Source of the DNA: an uncultured Flavobacteriaceae bacterium
Lineage (GTDB): Bacteria; Bacteroidota; Bacteroidia; B-17B0; Aurantibacillaceae
DNA: 64,000 nt
Direction: 5' to 3'
Assembly: GCA_964576565.1 (NCBI GenBank)
Contig: CAZNVL010000001.1
Location: 19,856-83,855, forward strand
Of this stretch, positions 1 through 10,562 are shown in pieces. The notes below the pieces were generated by a model, which did not search any database, was not told where the DNA came from, and saw only the letters and a list, made by a program, of their open reading frames with translations. Both the position numbers and the translations under genes were made by a program. How positions within the stretch are numbered: position 1 is the first letter of the stretch; every line of letters begins with the position of its first letter.

Positions 1-1904
1 CCGGATTTAGCACTGCCGAAGAAAGCAATGCCTTTTACAAAAAAAACTTAGCCGCCGGTCAAAAAGGATTATCCGTAGCATTTGATCTGGCCACACACCG
101 CGGTTATGACAGCGATCATCCAAGAGTAGTAGGGGATGTAGGAAAAGCAGGTGTGGCCATTGACACCGTAGAAGATATGAAAATTCTTTTTGACCAAATC
201 CCTCTGGATCAAATCAGCGTTTCAATGACCATGAACGGCGCTGTAATTCCTGTAATGGCATTTTACATAGTCGCTGCCGAAGAACAAGGTGTCCAACAAG
301 AGCAATTAAGCGGTACCATTCAAAACGATATTTTAAAAGAATTCATGGTAAGAAACACCTACATCTATCCACCGGAAGCGTCTATGAAAATTATTGGAGA
401 TATTTTTGCCTATACGGCTCAACACATGCCAAAGTTCAATTCTATTTCCATCAGCGGTTACCACATGCAAGAAGCAGGTGCCACGGCCGATATAGAAATG
501 GCTTATACACTGGCCGATGGACTTGAATACATTCGCACGGGATTAAAAGCGGGACTAACGATTGACGACTTTGCTCCACGGCTTTCGTTTTTCTGGGGAA
601 TTGGAATGAATTTTTTTATGGAAATTGCAAAGATGCGTGCCGCCCGAATGCTCTGGGCTAAAATAGTCAAATCATTTAATCCTAAAAATGAAAAATCCAT
701 GGCCCTTCGCACGCATTGTCAAACCAGCGGCTGGAGTTTAACCGCACAAGACCCTTTTAATAATGTAGCCCGCACCACTATTGAAGCATTAGCCGCTGTA
801 TTCGGACATACTCAAAGCTTACATACTAATTCCTTAGATGAAGCACTGGCCTTACCTACCGAGTTCAGTGCAAGAATTGCCAGAAACACACAACTCATTC
901 TACAACATGAATTGAACATTACAAAAGTAATTGATCCATGGGGCGGCTCGTATTATTTAGAATATCTTACGCACCAGCTTGCTCACAAAGCATGGCAACT
1001 CATCCAGGAAATAGAACAACTCGGCGGTATGACCAAAGCCATTATGGAAGGTTTGCCCCAACGACGAATAGAAGAAGCATCTGCCTCTAAACAAGCACGA
1101 ATTGATAGCAAAAAAGATATTATTGTCGGAGTAAACGATTATCTTATTGAAGAAAAAACTGAAATAGACATTTTGGAAGTGGATAATACAAAGGTGAGAC
1201 AACAACAAATAGAACGTTTACAAAAAATCAAAAAAGAAAGAAATTCACAAGCCGTTGAAGAAGCATTAAACAATCTGACCAAGGCAGCTGCTTCCGGAAA
1301 AGGCAATCTGCTTGAATTATCTATCATTGCAGCACGACAAAGAGCCACCCTTGGTGAGATCTCTTATGCTCTTGAAAAAGTATACGGCCGCTATCAGGCC
1401 AGACCAAATACCATAACCGGTGTATATATGAACGCCTCTCATAATAAAAAAGAACTGGAAGCCCTTCGTGCTTTGTCAGATCAGTTCGCTCAACAAGCAG
1501 GAAGACGACCAAGAATCATGATTGCTAAACTGGGACAAGACGGGCACGACCGCGGTGCAAAGGTCGTCGCCACGGCCTACGCCGATATGGGTTTTGATGT
1601 AGATTTAGGACCGCTCTTTCAAACCCCGGAAGAAGCCGTTAAACAAGCCATTGAAAATGATGTACACATTCTGGCTATTTCCAGTTTGGCCGGTGGACAC
1701 AAAACATTGGTGCCACAAGTCATACAGGAATTAAAAAAATACAAAAGGGACGATATTGTAGTCGTAGCCGGCGGTGTCATTCCTCCACAAGATTATGATT
1801 TTTTATACAAGGCAGGAGTAAAGTTTATTTTCGGTCCGGGCACTTCTAACCTATCTTCTGCTCAACAACTTTTAGAGTATCTGATAAAACATTTTACGGT
1901 TTAA
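1..1904 (+). CDS. scpA: methylmalonyl-CoA mutase, catalytic plus B12-binding domains (5' end outside window)
   Basis: The frame is open from base 3. Translation upstream of the listed Met reads [50 protein letters not shown], typical of the mutase TIM-barrel. The C-terminal domain carries the cobalamin-binding DxHxxG motif ([12 protein letters not shown]). Confidence 0.9.
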   Translation, partial: GFSTAEESNAFYKKNLAAGQKGLSVAFDLATHRGYDSDHPRVVGDVGKAGVAIDTVEDMKILFDQIPLDQISVSMTMNGAVIPVMAFYIVAAEEQGVQQEQLSGTIQNDILKEFMVRNTYIYPPEASMKIIGDIFAYTAQHMPKFNSISISGYHMQEAGATADIEMAYTLADGLEYIRTGLKAGLTIDDFAPRLSFFWGIGMNFFMEIAKMRAARMLWAKIVKSFNPKNEKSMALRTHCQTSGWSLTAQDPFNNVARTTIEALAAVFGHTQSLHTNSLDEALALPTEFSARIARNTQLILQHELNITKVIDPWGGSYYLEYLTHQLAHKAWQLIQEIEQLGGMTKAIMEGLPQRRIEEASASKQARIDSKKDIIVGVNDYLIEEKTEIDILEVDNTKVRQQQIERLQKIKKERNSQAVEEALNNLTKAAASGKGNLLELSIIAARQRATLGEISYALEKVYGRYQARPNTITGVYMNASHNKKELEALRALSDQFAQQAGRRPRIMIAKLGQDGHDRGAKVVATAYADMGFDVDLGPLFQTPEEAVKQAIENDVHILAISSLAGGHKTLVPQVIQELKKYKRDDIVVVAGGVIPPQDYDFLYKAGVKFIFGPGTSNLSSAQQLLEYLIKHFTV

Positions 1905-2000
1905 TCAATTGCAAACCCTTCCTCTTGTTCGATTTCTACTTATCCCTATTTACAAACTCTCTTTTTATTGAAAGTATTTAAATATATTTAGCCCCAAAAA

Positions 2001-3110
2001 ATGTTTAATAAATTATTTGCAATAAAGTTGTTTGTTTTGCTAATAAGTTTCGTTTTTTTCTACAGTTGTAAAAACAAATTGAATATTCTCGCCCCCTATA
2101 AAGAATTAGTGAGTGTTTATGCTATATTAAATCCTCAGGAACAATACCAGTTTATTCGTATTAACAAAGTATTTGCCGGCGAAGGAAACGCTTACGATAT
2201 GGCGCAAAACAAAGACACTATTAATTTTCCTGCAGGACAATTACAAGTTTCTCTTAAACGCAAAGTCAATGGAAGTTATGCACCAGTGGTAGTTTCTTCT
2301 ACGATTATGGAATTATTTTTAAGAGACACTGTTTTATACACTCAAACCGGGACATTCCATAACGAGCAAAGATTTTATTACACAGATAAAAAAATTTATC
2401 CCTCCGGAACGTATGAACTATACATTAAAGATTTAAAGACAAATGCCAGTTTTACAGCTTCAACCACTATGATAGATAGTGTAAAACCCGGATACACTCA
2501 ACCCTTAGCACCTCCTTACTATCCGGTTCCACCCAATCCAGGTAATCCTTCTTATTATTATTTAGACCTTAGCAATCTTACCATTGAAAGAGATGTACGC
2601 TTCTCAAGTGAACCCAATGCCTACATGTATGAAATGGAAGTACAGATGCACTATGTGGATTCGATGCTAAATAACACAACTATTCCTAAAATAGCTATCA
2701 ATAAATACACCCCTATTTTTGCCAATTCACTCAATGGTGGTGAAAGCATGAAATTCACATACACCTCCAATCAATTACTCAATAGTTTTTATCTTTATAT
2801 TTTAAATAATGATAACGATCCTAATATATTGTTCAGAAGAATTGTAAAGTTTGATTATATCATTTATGCCGCTAATTATGACTACTATGTGTTTTTACAA
2901 TCCAATGTACCATCCTCCTCTATTGCCCAAGACAAACCAATTTATAGCAACATCTCCAACGGTGCTGTAGGTATTTTTGCTGCCCGTTCAAGAATTCATG
3001 TCAGCAAACATCCGTCCAACTCTTTTATTTATTTTTTGTCAACAACAAAACCTTTTTGTGATTTAAGATTCCTCAATTACGACGGAACAGTGTCTTCTAT
3101 TTGTAATTAA
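2001..3110 (+). CDS. hypothetical lipoprotein (possibly DUF4249-like)
   Basis: 369-aa ORF with an N-terminal signal peptide ending in a Cys (SFVFFYSCKN). No catalytic motifs recognised. The family call is from memory only. Confidence 0.55.
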   Translation: MFNKLFAIKLFVLLISFVFFYSCKNKLNILAPYKELVSVYAILNPQEQYQFIRINKVFAGEGNAYDMAQNKDTINFPAGQLQVSLKRKVNGSYAPVVVSSTIMELFLRDTVLYTQTGTFHNEQRFYYTDKKIYPSGTYELYIKDLKTNASFTASTTMIDSVKPGYTQPLAPPYYPVPPNPGNPSYYYLDLSNLTIERDVRFSSEPNAYMYEMEVQMHYVDSMLNNTTIPKIAINKYTPIFANSLNGGESMKFTYTSNQLLNSFYLYILNNDNDPNILFRRIVKFDYIIYAANYDYYVFLQSNVPSSSIAQDKPIYSNISNGAVGIFAARSRIHVSKHPSNSFIYFLSTTKPFCDLRFLNYDGTVSSICN

Positions 3111-3124
3111 ATTTATACTTATTC

Positions 3125-3610
3125 ATGATTGCCATTGTAGCAACTGACTTAAAAAACGGAATTGGTATTAAAAACCAATTACTCTGTTATTTGCCCGATG
3201 ATTTGAAAAGATTTAAACAACTTACTTCTGGAAATGTGATTATTATGGGCAGAAAAACTTTTGAAAGCATTGGCAAAGCATTGCCCAACCGAATAAACAT
3301 TGTACTCAGCGCTTCAGAAAATATCCATTCTCCAGATATTGTACAATATAATAACTTCCAAAAATTATTAAAAGACCTTCCACAAAAATTTTCTGATAAA
3401 AAAATTTTCATTATCGGTGGTGGACAAATTTATCAATTGTTTTATCCCTATATTCAGGAAATTCAAAGAACTTTAATTCATCATACTTTTAAAGCAGATG
3501 CTTTTTTTCCTTCCTTTGAAAACGATTTTAAATTAGTAGAAAGCACCTTTCATCCCGCTGATGAAAAACATTGTTATGACTTTGAATTTCAGGTGTGGAA
3601 ACGAAAATAA
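3125..3610 (+). CDS. folA: dihydrofolate reductase
   Basis: 161 aa. The N-terminus (IAIVATDLKNGIGIKNQLLCYLPDDLKRFKQLTSGNVIIMGRKTFESIG...NIVLS) is colinear with canonical DHFR. Confidence 0.9.
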   Translation: MIAIVATDLKNGIGIKNQLLCYLPDDLKRFKQLTSGNVIIMGRKTFESIGKALPNRINIVLSASENIHSPDIVQYNNFQKLLKDLPQKFSDKKIFIIGGGQIYQLFYPYIQEIQRTLIHHTFKADAFFPSFENDFKLVESTFHPADEKHCYDFEFQVWKRK

Positions 3611-3622
3611 GTTGATACAAAA

Positions 3623-4219
3623 TTATTTTTTCAATTTGTCTTTAAAAATCTTTTCAAACTTCTCAACCTTCGGCTTAATGACCAATTGACAATAGGGCTT
3701 ATTTGAATTCAAACGAAAATAATTTTTGTGATAATCTTCTGCCGGATAAAAATTTTTAAATGGCTCAACAGCCGTCACTACGGGCTTTCCAAAAACATTT
3801 TGCTGATTTAATTCCTGAATAATTTTTTCTGCTACTTGTTTCTGATGTTCATTATGATAAAATATCACAGAGCGGTATTGAAAACCTACATCTTCACCTT
3901 GTTTGTTTAAAGTAGTAGGATCGTGCACTTTAAAAAAAACTTCCAGCAGTTCTTCAAAAGAAATTTGCAATGGATCATACTGAATATGGGCCACTTCGGT
4001 ATGTCCTGTATTTCCGTTACACACTTCTTCATAACTTGGATTCGGAACATATCCACCGGCATAACCAGGCACCACACTTATCACACCTTTTAGTTCCTGA
4101 AAAACCGCTTCTGTACACCAAAAACAGCCCATTCCCAAGGTAGTAGTTTCTATTTTTTTACTTTGCGCTTCCATCTCAGTTAGAAGTAAAAAGATTATGC
4201 CATAACGAATTAATCTCAT
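3623..4219 (-). CDS. msrA: peptide-methionine (S)-S-oxide reductase MsrA, apparently exported
   Basis: GCFWC active-site motif. A hydrophobic N-terminal leader ([19 protein letters not shown]) is present. Its ATG overlaps the upstream gene's stop codon (ATGA at 4216-4219). Confidence 0.88.
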   Translation of the reverse strand: MRLIRYGIIFLLLTEMEAQSKKIETTTLGMGCFWCTEAVFQELKGVISVVPGYAGGYVPNPSYEEVCNGNTGHTEVAHIQYDPLQISFEELLEVFFKVHDPTTLNKQGEDVGFQYRSVIFYHNEHQKQVAEKIIQELNQQNVFGKPVVTAVEPFKNFYPAEDYHKNYFRLNSNKPYCQLVIKPKVEKFEKIFKDKLKK

Positions 4220-4671
4220 TTTTTATCCTTGATTTTTGTGGCTTTTTCTACTCCTGAAAATTCAAAATGTTTTTTCAATTTGTCATTCTTCATAATTTTT
4301 ATTTCCCCTTCTATGTTTTCATTTTCAATTTTACAAAAAAAAGTGGTTTCTTCTTTATCCTCATTTTTAAAGATGGCTTTTACTTCAAAATATCGAACTG
4401 GTGCTTCTGTAATAGAATCTACATAATTTGTATCTTTTTCAATTACATACTTCATCCAACTCATATTGAATTTATCATTCAAAAAATTACTAAATACTTT
4501 TCCATCTTTGAACTCCAGTTCATCTTTCATAATTTTATTGGCAGCCACACCATTCTTGATTTCTGTGATGTTGGTATTAAAAATTCTTTTATGTAACGGG
4601 TCCTTATCTTTATCCTTAAATACCGCGTAAATACTACATACTCCGACCATCCAAAAAAGCATTTTTTTCAT
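4216..4671 (-). CDS. hypothetical exported protein
   Basis: The ORF is trimmed to the first ATG (4671), because the listed start at 4680 is TTG. Signal-like N-terminus [18 protein letters not shown]. Lys/Glu-rich with no known motifs. Confidence 0.55.
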   Translation of the reverse strand: MKKMLFWMVGVCSIYAVFKDKDKDPLHKRIFNTNITEIKNGVAANKIMKDELEFKDGKVFSNFLNDKFNMSWMKYVIEKDTNYVDSITEAPVRYFEVKAIFKNEDKEETTFFCKIENENIEGEIKIMKNDKLKKHFEFSGVEKATKIKDKK

Positions 4672-4719
4672 AGTGTTCAATTTGGGGTAAATATAGTAAA
4701 TTTAAAGCCAATAAAATGT

Positions 4720-5946
4720 ATGCAACCCTTAGCAGAACGTTTGCGACCTAAACAATGGAAAGATTTAATTGGTCAATCACATCTTGTTGGGCCCAATGGA
4801 ATACTGACAAAATTTCTACAACAAAAATTTATTCCTTCATTGATATTATGGGGACCACCCGGCGTTGGAAAAACCAGCATTGCTTCTTTAATTGCCAATG
4901 AATTAAATCGTCCTTTTTATTCACTATCTGCTATTAATTCAGGCGTAAAAGAAGTAAGAGAAATTTTAGAAAAATCTGAAAAAAATTTATTCCTGCAAAA
5001 AAACAGCCCTATTGTATTCATTGATGAAATTCACCGATTTAATAAAACACAACAAGATGCTTTATTATCTGCTGTTGAAAAGGGAATTATTACGCTCATT
5101 GGCGCTACTACTGAAAATCCTTCTTTTGAAGTGGTACCCGCTTTATTATCCAGAATGCAAGTATTGGTATTACATCATCTTCATAAAGAAGAATTACTTC
5201 AATTACTGAACAAAGCCATAAAAGAAGACAGTGTTTTATCACAAAAATCCATTGTATTAAAAGAAACAGATGCCTTAATGGCATTTAGTGGCGGCGATGC
5301 CAGAAAATTACTAAACGGATTAGAATACATTATACAACACTCGAATACTACAACTATTGAAATAACGAATGATTTAACCCGACCGCTTTTGCAAAATTCT
5401 ATTTTATATGATAAGAATGCAGAACAACATTACGATGTTATCTCTGCTTTTATCAAGTCCGTTCGTGGTTCGGACATTGATGCAGCTTTATATTGGCTTG
5501 CCGTAATGTTGAAGGGTGGTGAAGATCCTTTATTCATTGCCCGGCGGCTCATCATTTTAGCCGCAGAAGATATTGGACTGGCCAATCCCAATGCCCTATT
5601 ATTAGCCAATGCTTGTTTTGATGCGGTGCACAAAATCGGAATGCCCGAAGCACGGATTGTTTTATCTCAAACGACAATTTATTTAGCACAATCTCCCAAA
5701 AGCAATTCTGCTTACTTAGCCATTGATAAAGCGATGGAATTTATTCATAAAAATGGTATTCAACCCGTACCGCTTCACCTTCGCAATGCTCCTACGCAAC
5801 TTATGAAAGAATTAAATTACAGTTTAGGATATAAATATCCTCACGATTATCCCAAACATTTTGTTGCTCCGCAATACCTTCCTGACTCTTTAACTCAAAT
5901 AAAATTTTTTGAAGCATCCGAAAATGATAAGATTTCAAAAAAATAA
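4720..5946 (+). CDS. rarA: replication-associated recombination protein A (AAA+ ATPase)
   Basis: Walker A GPPGVGKTS and Walker B IVFIDEIHRFNK. The conserved MgsA C-terminal region is present (GEDPLFIARRLIILAAEDIGLANP). Confidence 0.92.
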   Translation: MQPLAERLRPKQWKDLIGQSHLVGPNGILTKFLQQKFIPSLILWGPPGVGKTSIASLIANELNRPFYSLSAINSGVKEVREILEKSEKNLFLQKNSPIVFIDEIHRFNKTQQDALLSAVEKGIITLIGATTENPSFEVVPALLSRMQVLVLHHLHKEELLQLLNKAIKEDSVLSQKSIVLKETDALMAFSGGDARKLLNGLEYIIQHSNTTTIEITNDLTRPLLQNSILYDKNAEQHYDVISAFIKSVRGSDIDAALYWLAVMLKGGEDPLFIARRLIILAAEDIGLANPNALLLANACFDAVHKIGMPEARIVLSQTTIYLAQSPKSNSAYLAIDKAMEFIHKNGIQPVPLHLRNAPTQLMKELNYSLGYKYPHDYPKHFVAPQYLPDSLTQIKFFEASENDKISKK

Positions 5947-6026
5947 ATTTCTCATTCCATCGTTATTTTTGAATGTGTTTAATTCAAGTGAATTATCCTT
6001 TATATTTGCGTTTTTATCAAACCTTT

Positions 6027-6791
6027 ATGCTAAAAAAATTTTTATCTATACTACTTTTGACTTATTTGAGTTGGCACGTTTATTCCCAACAAAATGAAGG
6101 AGCCGGTCAGAACTTACCCAATTTTTATCACAATAAATTACATTTTGGTTTTACGATTGCTTTTAATTCCACCGATTTCCGCATTCATACCAAACCTATT
6201 GCCCAACTACCCGATACTATTATAGATACCGTGCGTTATCAAATGAAAAATATCTATCATAAATCTGCTCCGGGCTTTGCTTTAGGAATTGTAAGTGATT
6301 TCCGATTGCACGATTATGTACGGCTGCGCTTTACACCCAACATTAGCTTTGCATCCAGAAGTTTGCAGTATTATTTGTATAACAAAAATGGCGACAGTTC
6401 TTTGGTATTTGAAAAGTCCGTTGAATCAACCTTTTTAATTTTTCCATTAGAAATAAAAATTCAATCCAAACGTGCTTTTAATTTTAGTGCGTATGTAATT
6501 GGTGGCGGTGGATATGCTATGGATCTTGCCGGAAATAAAAAATCACAAGGTACTTCTGGCAGTGGGAATATCTTAGATAATAGTGTGGTAAGATTATATA
6601 GAGATGATTATTTTTATAGTGGTGGTGGTGGCGTCGATTTTTACCTGAAATACTTTAAGTTTGGATTAGAGATTAAAATTTTAGCAGGCACTCGTAATTT
6701 GCTCTATCAAAGAAATAACATCTTTTCTCAAAAAAGTATTGACAAGGTCAATTCCCGAATGGTGGTATTTACGCTCACCTTTGAAGGGTAA
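6027..6791 (+). CDS. outer-membrane beta-barrel protein (PorT/OMP_b-brl_2-like, uncertain)
   Basis: The start is moved to the ATG at 6027, which gives the signal peptide MLKKFLSILLLTYLSWHVYSQ. Alternating hydrophobic beta-strand pattern with an aromatic-rich C-terminal strand. Confidence 0.6.
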   Translation: MLKKFLSILLLTYLSWHVYSQQNEGAGQNLPNFYHNKLHFGFTIAFNSTDFRIHTKPIAQLPDTIIDTVRYQMKNIYHKSAPGFALGIVSDFRLHDYVRLRFTPNISFASRSLQYYLYNKNGDSSLVFEKSVESTFLIFPLEIKIQSKRAFNFSAYVIGGGGYAMDLAGNKKSQGTSGSGNILDNSVVRLYRDDYFYSGGGGVDFYLKYFKFGLEIKILAGTRNLLYQRNNIFSQKSIDKVNSRMVVFTLTFEG

Positions 6792-6809
6792 ACGTTTTCT
6801 TTCTCAGCA

Positions 6810-7763
6810 TTAGAACTTACTTCTCAAGCGACTTCTGCTTCTTTTATACTTAAAGACATAACCACCCTTTAATTGTATAGAAAAATAAGAATCTTTTTGT
6901 TTAGAATCGCCTCTTTGAGCCGGATTGCCTGCTCCATCAGGTTTAGAAAAACCGGGAATATTACCTAAACTTTTATCTGCCATCTCTGCCGATTTAGGCC
7001 CATAAGCGGCTGCTAATTTTCCTGGATCGTAATAAACGGTGCTTACATCATCAATATAATCCGTAAATGTTTTTCTCCAGTTAATTTCAAATCCCACTGT
7101 CCATTGTCTTTTAATGTACATATTCATTCCTATACCCATTGGAATAGCAATAGAGAAATTACTGTACTGTTTTGGGCCACCCGGTAATCCTTGTCCTTCT
7201 GTGTGTAAGGGTCTTAACGGTATCCAGGCACCACTTTTATCTTGCCCCTTTGGATTATAGTAAAACCCACCTATACCAATAAATCCAACCCACTCTGTTT
7301 GAATTCCTTTCATTCTTCTGCGAAATGTTTTTTTAATACTGTAACGACTGGTCACTCTGTTGGCAAAGTAGGCAAATTCTATTCTTGCCGCTAATTCAAA
7401 AATATTCGATTTAAAATTTAAATTTCTCTCATGTCGGAAAGGTTCCTTAGTAAATTTATCGTCTCCTTTTAAGATTAACCAATTAAATGTAGAAACAAGA
7501 TTCAACCATTTCTGAAGTTTATACTTATACCCTATCCCCATAGCCGTTCTCGTGATTTGAAAATCATAATCTACCGGCGAATAATCAGTACCTACTTTAT
7601 CTAATCCTCCTAAATCACCTAAAAATCCAGAAGCCCCCATTTGCACAAAAACTTCTTTTCGTATTTTTTTCCAGTCATTGGGTCGGGCAAAGTTTTGTGC
7701 CATTGACACTCCAAAAAAACCTCCTACATAAAAAAATAAAAATAGCAGATAAAATTTATTCAT
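6810..7763 (-). CDS. outer-membrane beta-barrel protein, function unknown
   Basis: The first ATG at 7763 gives the signal peptide MNKFYLLFLFFYVGGFFGVSMAQ. The C-terminus ends in Phe. A TACATTTG box lies just upstream on the same strand. Confidence 0.6.
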   Translation of the reverse strand: MNKFYLLFLFFYVGGFFGVSMAQNFARPNDWKKIRKEVFVQMGASGFLGDLGGLDKVGTDYSPVDYDFQITRTAMGIGYKYKLQKWLNLVSTFNWLILKGDDKFTKEPFRHERNLNFKSNIFELAARIEFAYFANRVTSRYSIKKTFRRRMKGIQTEWVGFIGIGGFYYNPKGQDKSGAWIPLRPLHTEGQGLPGGPKQYSNFSIAIPMGIGMNMYIKRQWTVGFEINWRKTFTDYIDDVSTVYYDPGKLAAAYGPKSAEMADKSLGNIPGFSKPDGAGNPAQRGDSKQKDSYFSIQLKGGYVFKYKRSRSRLRSKF

Positions 7764-7781
7764 TATTAGTTTTTTGGCGTT

Positions 7782-7789
7782 CAAATGTA
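7782..7789 (-). promoter_or_regulatory. Bacteroidetes-type -7 box (TAnnTTTG)
   Basis: The minus strand reads TACATTTG about 19 nt upstream of the ATG at 7763. Confidence 0.4.
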
Positions 7790-7820
7790 CATAAATTTTT
7801 TTACTAAAAAATACAAATTG

Positions 7821-8969
7821 TTATCTTTTTAATACATTGATAATATCAGCGGCTTTTTCAAGCGTTTCTTCTTTTTTAGCAAAACAAAATCGTAGTAAAT
7901 GATAATCCTTTTTATCGTGATAAAACACAGACATAGGAATAGATGCTATTTTATATCTTTCTATTAACTCAACCGCAAACTCTGTATCACTTTTTCTACT
8001 GAGTCCAGAGTAATCTAATAACACAAAATAAGTGCCAGCTGGTGGGATTATTCTAAATCCTGAAGATTGTACAAGCGATAAAAAATAATCTCGCTTTTTC
8101 TGATAAAATGTTTTGAGTGTCCAATAATTCTTCGGATCACTTAAATATTCAGCAATTGTTTTTTGTAAAGGATGATTCACTGCAAAAACCAGATATTGAT
8201 GCACTTTTCTTAATACATTCATAATTTTTGTTGGTGCAACAAGATAACCTATTTTCCATCCAGTCGTGTGAATGGTTTTTCCAAAAGAAGATACCATAAT
8301 ACAACGCTCAAAAAGTGCATCATACTTTAATACAGATTCGTGCTGTCTGCCATCAAAAATAATATGTTCGTATACTTCATCGCTCAAAATAATTATGTTA
8401 GTATCTTTCGTAATGTCCATTAAGCATTGCAGGTCTTCCTTACTCAATATACTTCCGGTAGGATTATGTGGTGAATTAATAATAATCATTTTGGTTTTAG
8501 AAGAAATTTTGTCTTTCACTTCATTCCAATCAATATTAAAATTCGGATATTTTAATTCACAATACACAGGGCTACCACCATTAACAATAACAGCCGGTGC
8601 ATAACAATCGTACGCCGGTTCAAAAAGTATAACTTCGTCCCCGGATGAAATAAAACTTGCAATGGCTGTGTAAATGGCTTGTGTGGCGCCTGCTGTAACA
8701 GTTATTTCAGTATCCGGATTAAGTTCTCTATGATAACAATCTAAAACAATATCTCTGACTGTCTCTCTCAGTTCAATGCAACCCGGCATTGGGGCATACT
8801 GCTGAAAGGAAGAAGAAAAATATCTTCTTGCGATTTCCAAAAGTACCGGATCAGGATCAAAGTCAGGAAAACCTTGAGATAAATTAATCGCATTGTGCTT
8901 TTGAGCCAATGCACTCATCACCGTAAAAATAGTCGTCCCAAAATGTTCTAATTTATCTTTTAACAACAT
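7821..8969 (-). CDS. PLP-dependent aminotransferase, class I/II (methionine/kynurenine aminotransferase-like)
   Basis: 382 aa. PLP-lysine region SSFGKTIHTTGWKIGY, plus NSPHNPTG. It starts 3 nt after bioB. Confidence 0.85.
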   Translation of the reverse strand: MLLKDKLEHFGTTIFTVMSALAQKHNAINLSQGFPDFDPDPVLLEIARRYFSSSFQQYAPMPGCIELRETVRDIVLDCYHRELNPDTEITVTAGATQAIYTAIASFISSGDEVILFEPAYDCYAPAVIVNGGSPVYCELKYPNFNIDWNEVKDKISSKTKMIIINSPHNPTGSILSKEDLQCLMDITKDTNIIILSDEVYEHIIFDGRQHESVLKYDALFERCIMVSSFGKTIHTTGWKIGYLVAPTKIMNVLRKVHQYLVFAVNHPLQKTIAEYLSDPKNYWTLKTFYQKKRDYFLSLVQSSGFRIIPPAGTYFVLLDYSGLSRKSDTEFAVELIERYKIASIPMSVFYHDKKDYHLLRFCFAKKEETLEKAADIINVLKR

Positions 8970-8972
8970 ACT

Positions 8973-9941
8973 CTATGCTTCTGCAACTTTTTCCTGATAA
9001 ACAGAAGATTTAGGGCTAAGTCCTAATATTGCAAATAGCCATTTATCCTGATTAAAATCATTGTTAGGCGTAGTCAACAATTTTTCTCCTGCAAAAATAG
9101 AGTTGGCGCCTGCTATAAAGCATAAGGTCTGCGCTTCAGCAGATAATTCAATTCTTCCGGCAGACAAACGCACCATTGACTTCGGTAAAACAATCCTTGT
9201 AGTAGCAATCATCCTTACAAGTTCCCAAACAGAGACTTTTGCTTGATTTTCTAAAGGTGTGCCCTTCACCGGCACCAAAGTATTTATCGGAACAGATTCC
9301 GGGTGCGGATTAAGTAAATTTAAGGTGTACAACATACCGATTCTATCTTCTTCACTTTCTCCCATTCCAATAATTCCACCAGAGCATATTGTTAGTCCTG
9401 CTTTTCTCGCATTTTTCAGAGTATTTAATCTATCTTGATAATTTCGGGTAGTGATTATTTTATTGTAATATTCTTCCGATGTGTCAATATTGTGATTGTA
9501 AGCGTATAAGCCGGCTTCTGCTAGTTTTTTTGCTTGCTCTTCATCAATCCTGCCAAATGTTGCACATACTTCTAATCCTTCATTGGCAATCATTCGCACC
9601 ATTTCTAATACCTTATCAAAATCTTTGTTATTGCGAACCTCCCTCCATGCAGCCCCTAAACACAAGCGGCTGATACCATTTTCTTTCGCATAATTAATTT
9701 GTCCTCTCAACTCCTCCGGTTCCATTAGTTTATGTACCTTAATCTCTGTTTGATACTTTACCGACTGCGGACAATACGCACAATCTTCCGGACATCCACC
9801 GGTTTTAATAGACACTAAGGAACTGATTTGAACTTCCCGCACATTAAAATTTTGTCTATGAACTTCCGCTGCACGATGTATTAATTCTATTAATGGTAAA
9901 TGGTAAATGGCTTTAATTTCTTCTTTTGATAAGGATTGCAT
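8973..9941 (-). CDS. bioB: biotin synthase
   Basis: Radical-SAM CxxxCxxC motif (CPEDCAYCPQ). Length and C-terminal region are typical of BioB. Confidence 0.92.
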   Translation of the reverse strand: MQSLSKEEIKAIYHLPLIELIHRAAEVHRQNFNVREVQISSLVSIKTGGCPEDCAYCPQSVKYQTEIKVHKLMEPEELRGQINYAKENGISRLCLGAAWREVRNNKDFDKVLEMVRMIANEGLEVCATFGRIDEEQAKKLAEAGLYAYNHNIDTSEEYYNKIITTRNYQDRLNTLKNARKAGLTICSGGIIGMGESEEDRIGMLYTLNLLNPHPESVPINTLVPVKGTPLENQAKVSVWELVRMIATTRIVLPKSMVRLSAGRIELSAEAQTLCFIAGANSIFAGEKLLTTPNNDFNQDKWLFAILGLSPKSSVYQEKVAEA

Positions 9942-10057
9942 AATTGCTTATTTTAATTTTAATCTGTTTATCTTTCGTTTTATTTTGTGTTAATAAAAGA
10001 TGTTTTCCTTCTTTTGAAAAATTTTCTTTTGATTGTTCCAGAATATTCCTATTGAAA

Positions 10058-10552
10058 TCATATTTTTTCTTCGTAGTAATCAATCATAAGCCCATCTAAT
10101 GGATGTACCTGAATAAGTCGTTTCTCGCTGTTTTCAAATTCCAGTATAATTTCATCGCATAAATAATGTTGTGTTTCTTTATCTTTTGATAACCGTACTT
10201 TAGTAAGTTTGGTATTTACCACATCTTTCCATATTTTAGTAGCATTGGCATTTACTCTAAATAATTTTATTTTTCCTCCAAATTCCTTCTCTAATAATGC
10301 CTTTTCTTCTTCAAAATGATAGTGAATAGACATTAATCCTTCTTGTGTTTCATTTCCGGTCAAAGCAATAACATTTCCATCTGAAAAAACAAATTCTATA
10401 GCATCTATCACATCCACCGGCTCTTTTGGATTCACAGCATTTAGCCACAGGTAACAGATAACCTCTGATAAGGTTTTACCTTGTATAATCACCAGTTCAT
10501 TTAAAGTTCTGTCATCAATAATATTTAATTTACCAGATTTTGAAGTATTCAT
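10058..10552 (-). CDS. hypothetical cytoplasmic protein
   Basis: The ORF is trimmed to the ATG at 10552, 10 nt downstream of the serC stop. No signal peptide and no recognisable motif. Confidence 0.5.
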   Translation of the reverse strand: MNTSKSGKLNIIDDRTLNELVIIQGKTLSEVICYLWLNAVNPKEPVDVIDAIEFVFSDGNVIALTGNETQEGLMSIHYHFEEEKALLEKEFGGKIKLFRVNANATKIWKDVVNTKLTKVRLSKDKETQHYLCDEIILEFENSEKRLIQVHPLDGLMIDYYEEKI

Positions 10553-10562
10553 AGCACATTCC

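Noticed and set aside
503-1512. Minus-strand ORFs (503-712, 957-1208, 1139-1348, 1324-1512) inside the methylmalonyl-CoA mutase gene
   Set aside because: They are antisense shadows of a strongly supported CDS. The products are Cys/Phe/Ser-rich with a non-protein-like composition.
4229-4596. Plus-strand ORFs 4229-4426 and 4267-4596
   Set aside because: They are antisense to the exported-protein gene 4216-4671. The translations are poly-Phe/Ile, typical of the reverse complement of Lys/Glu-rich coding sequence.
7821-8969. Idea that the aminotransferase next to bioB is BioF (8-amino-7-oxononanoate synthase)
   Set aside because: The PLP-lysine context SSFGKTIHTTGWKIGY and NSPHNPTG are aspartate/methionine aminotransferase (class I) signatures, not the BioF/Kbl type.
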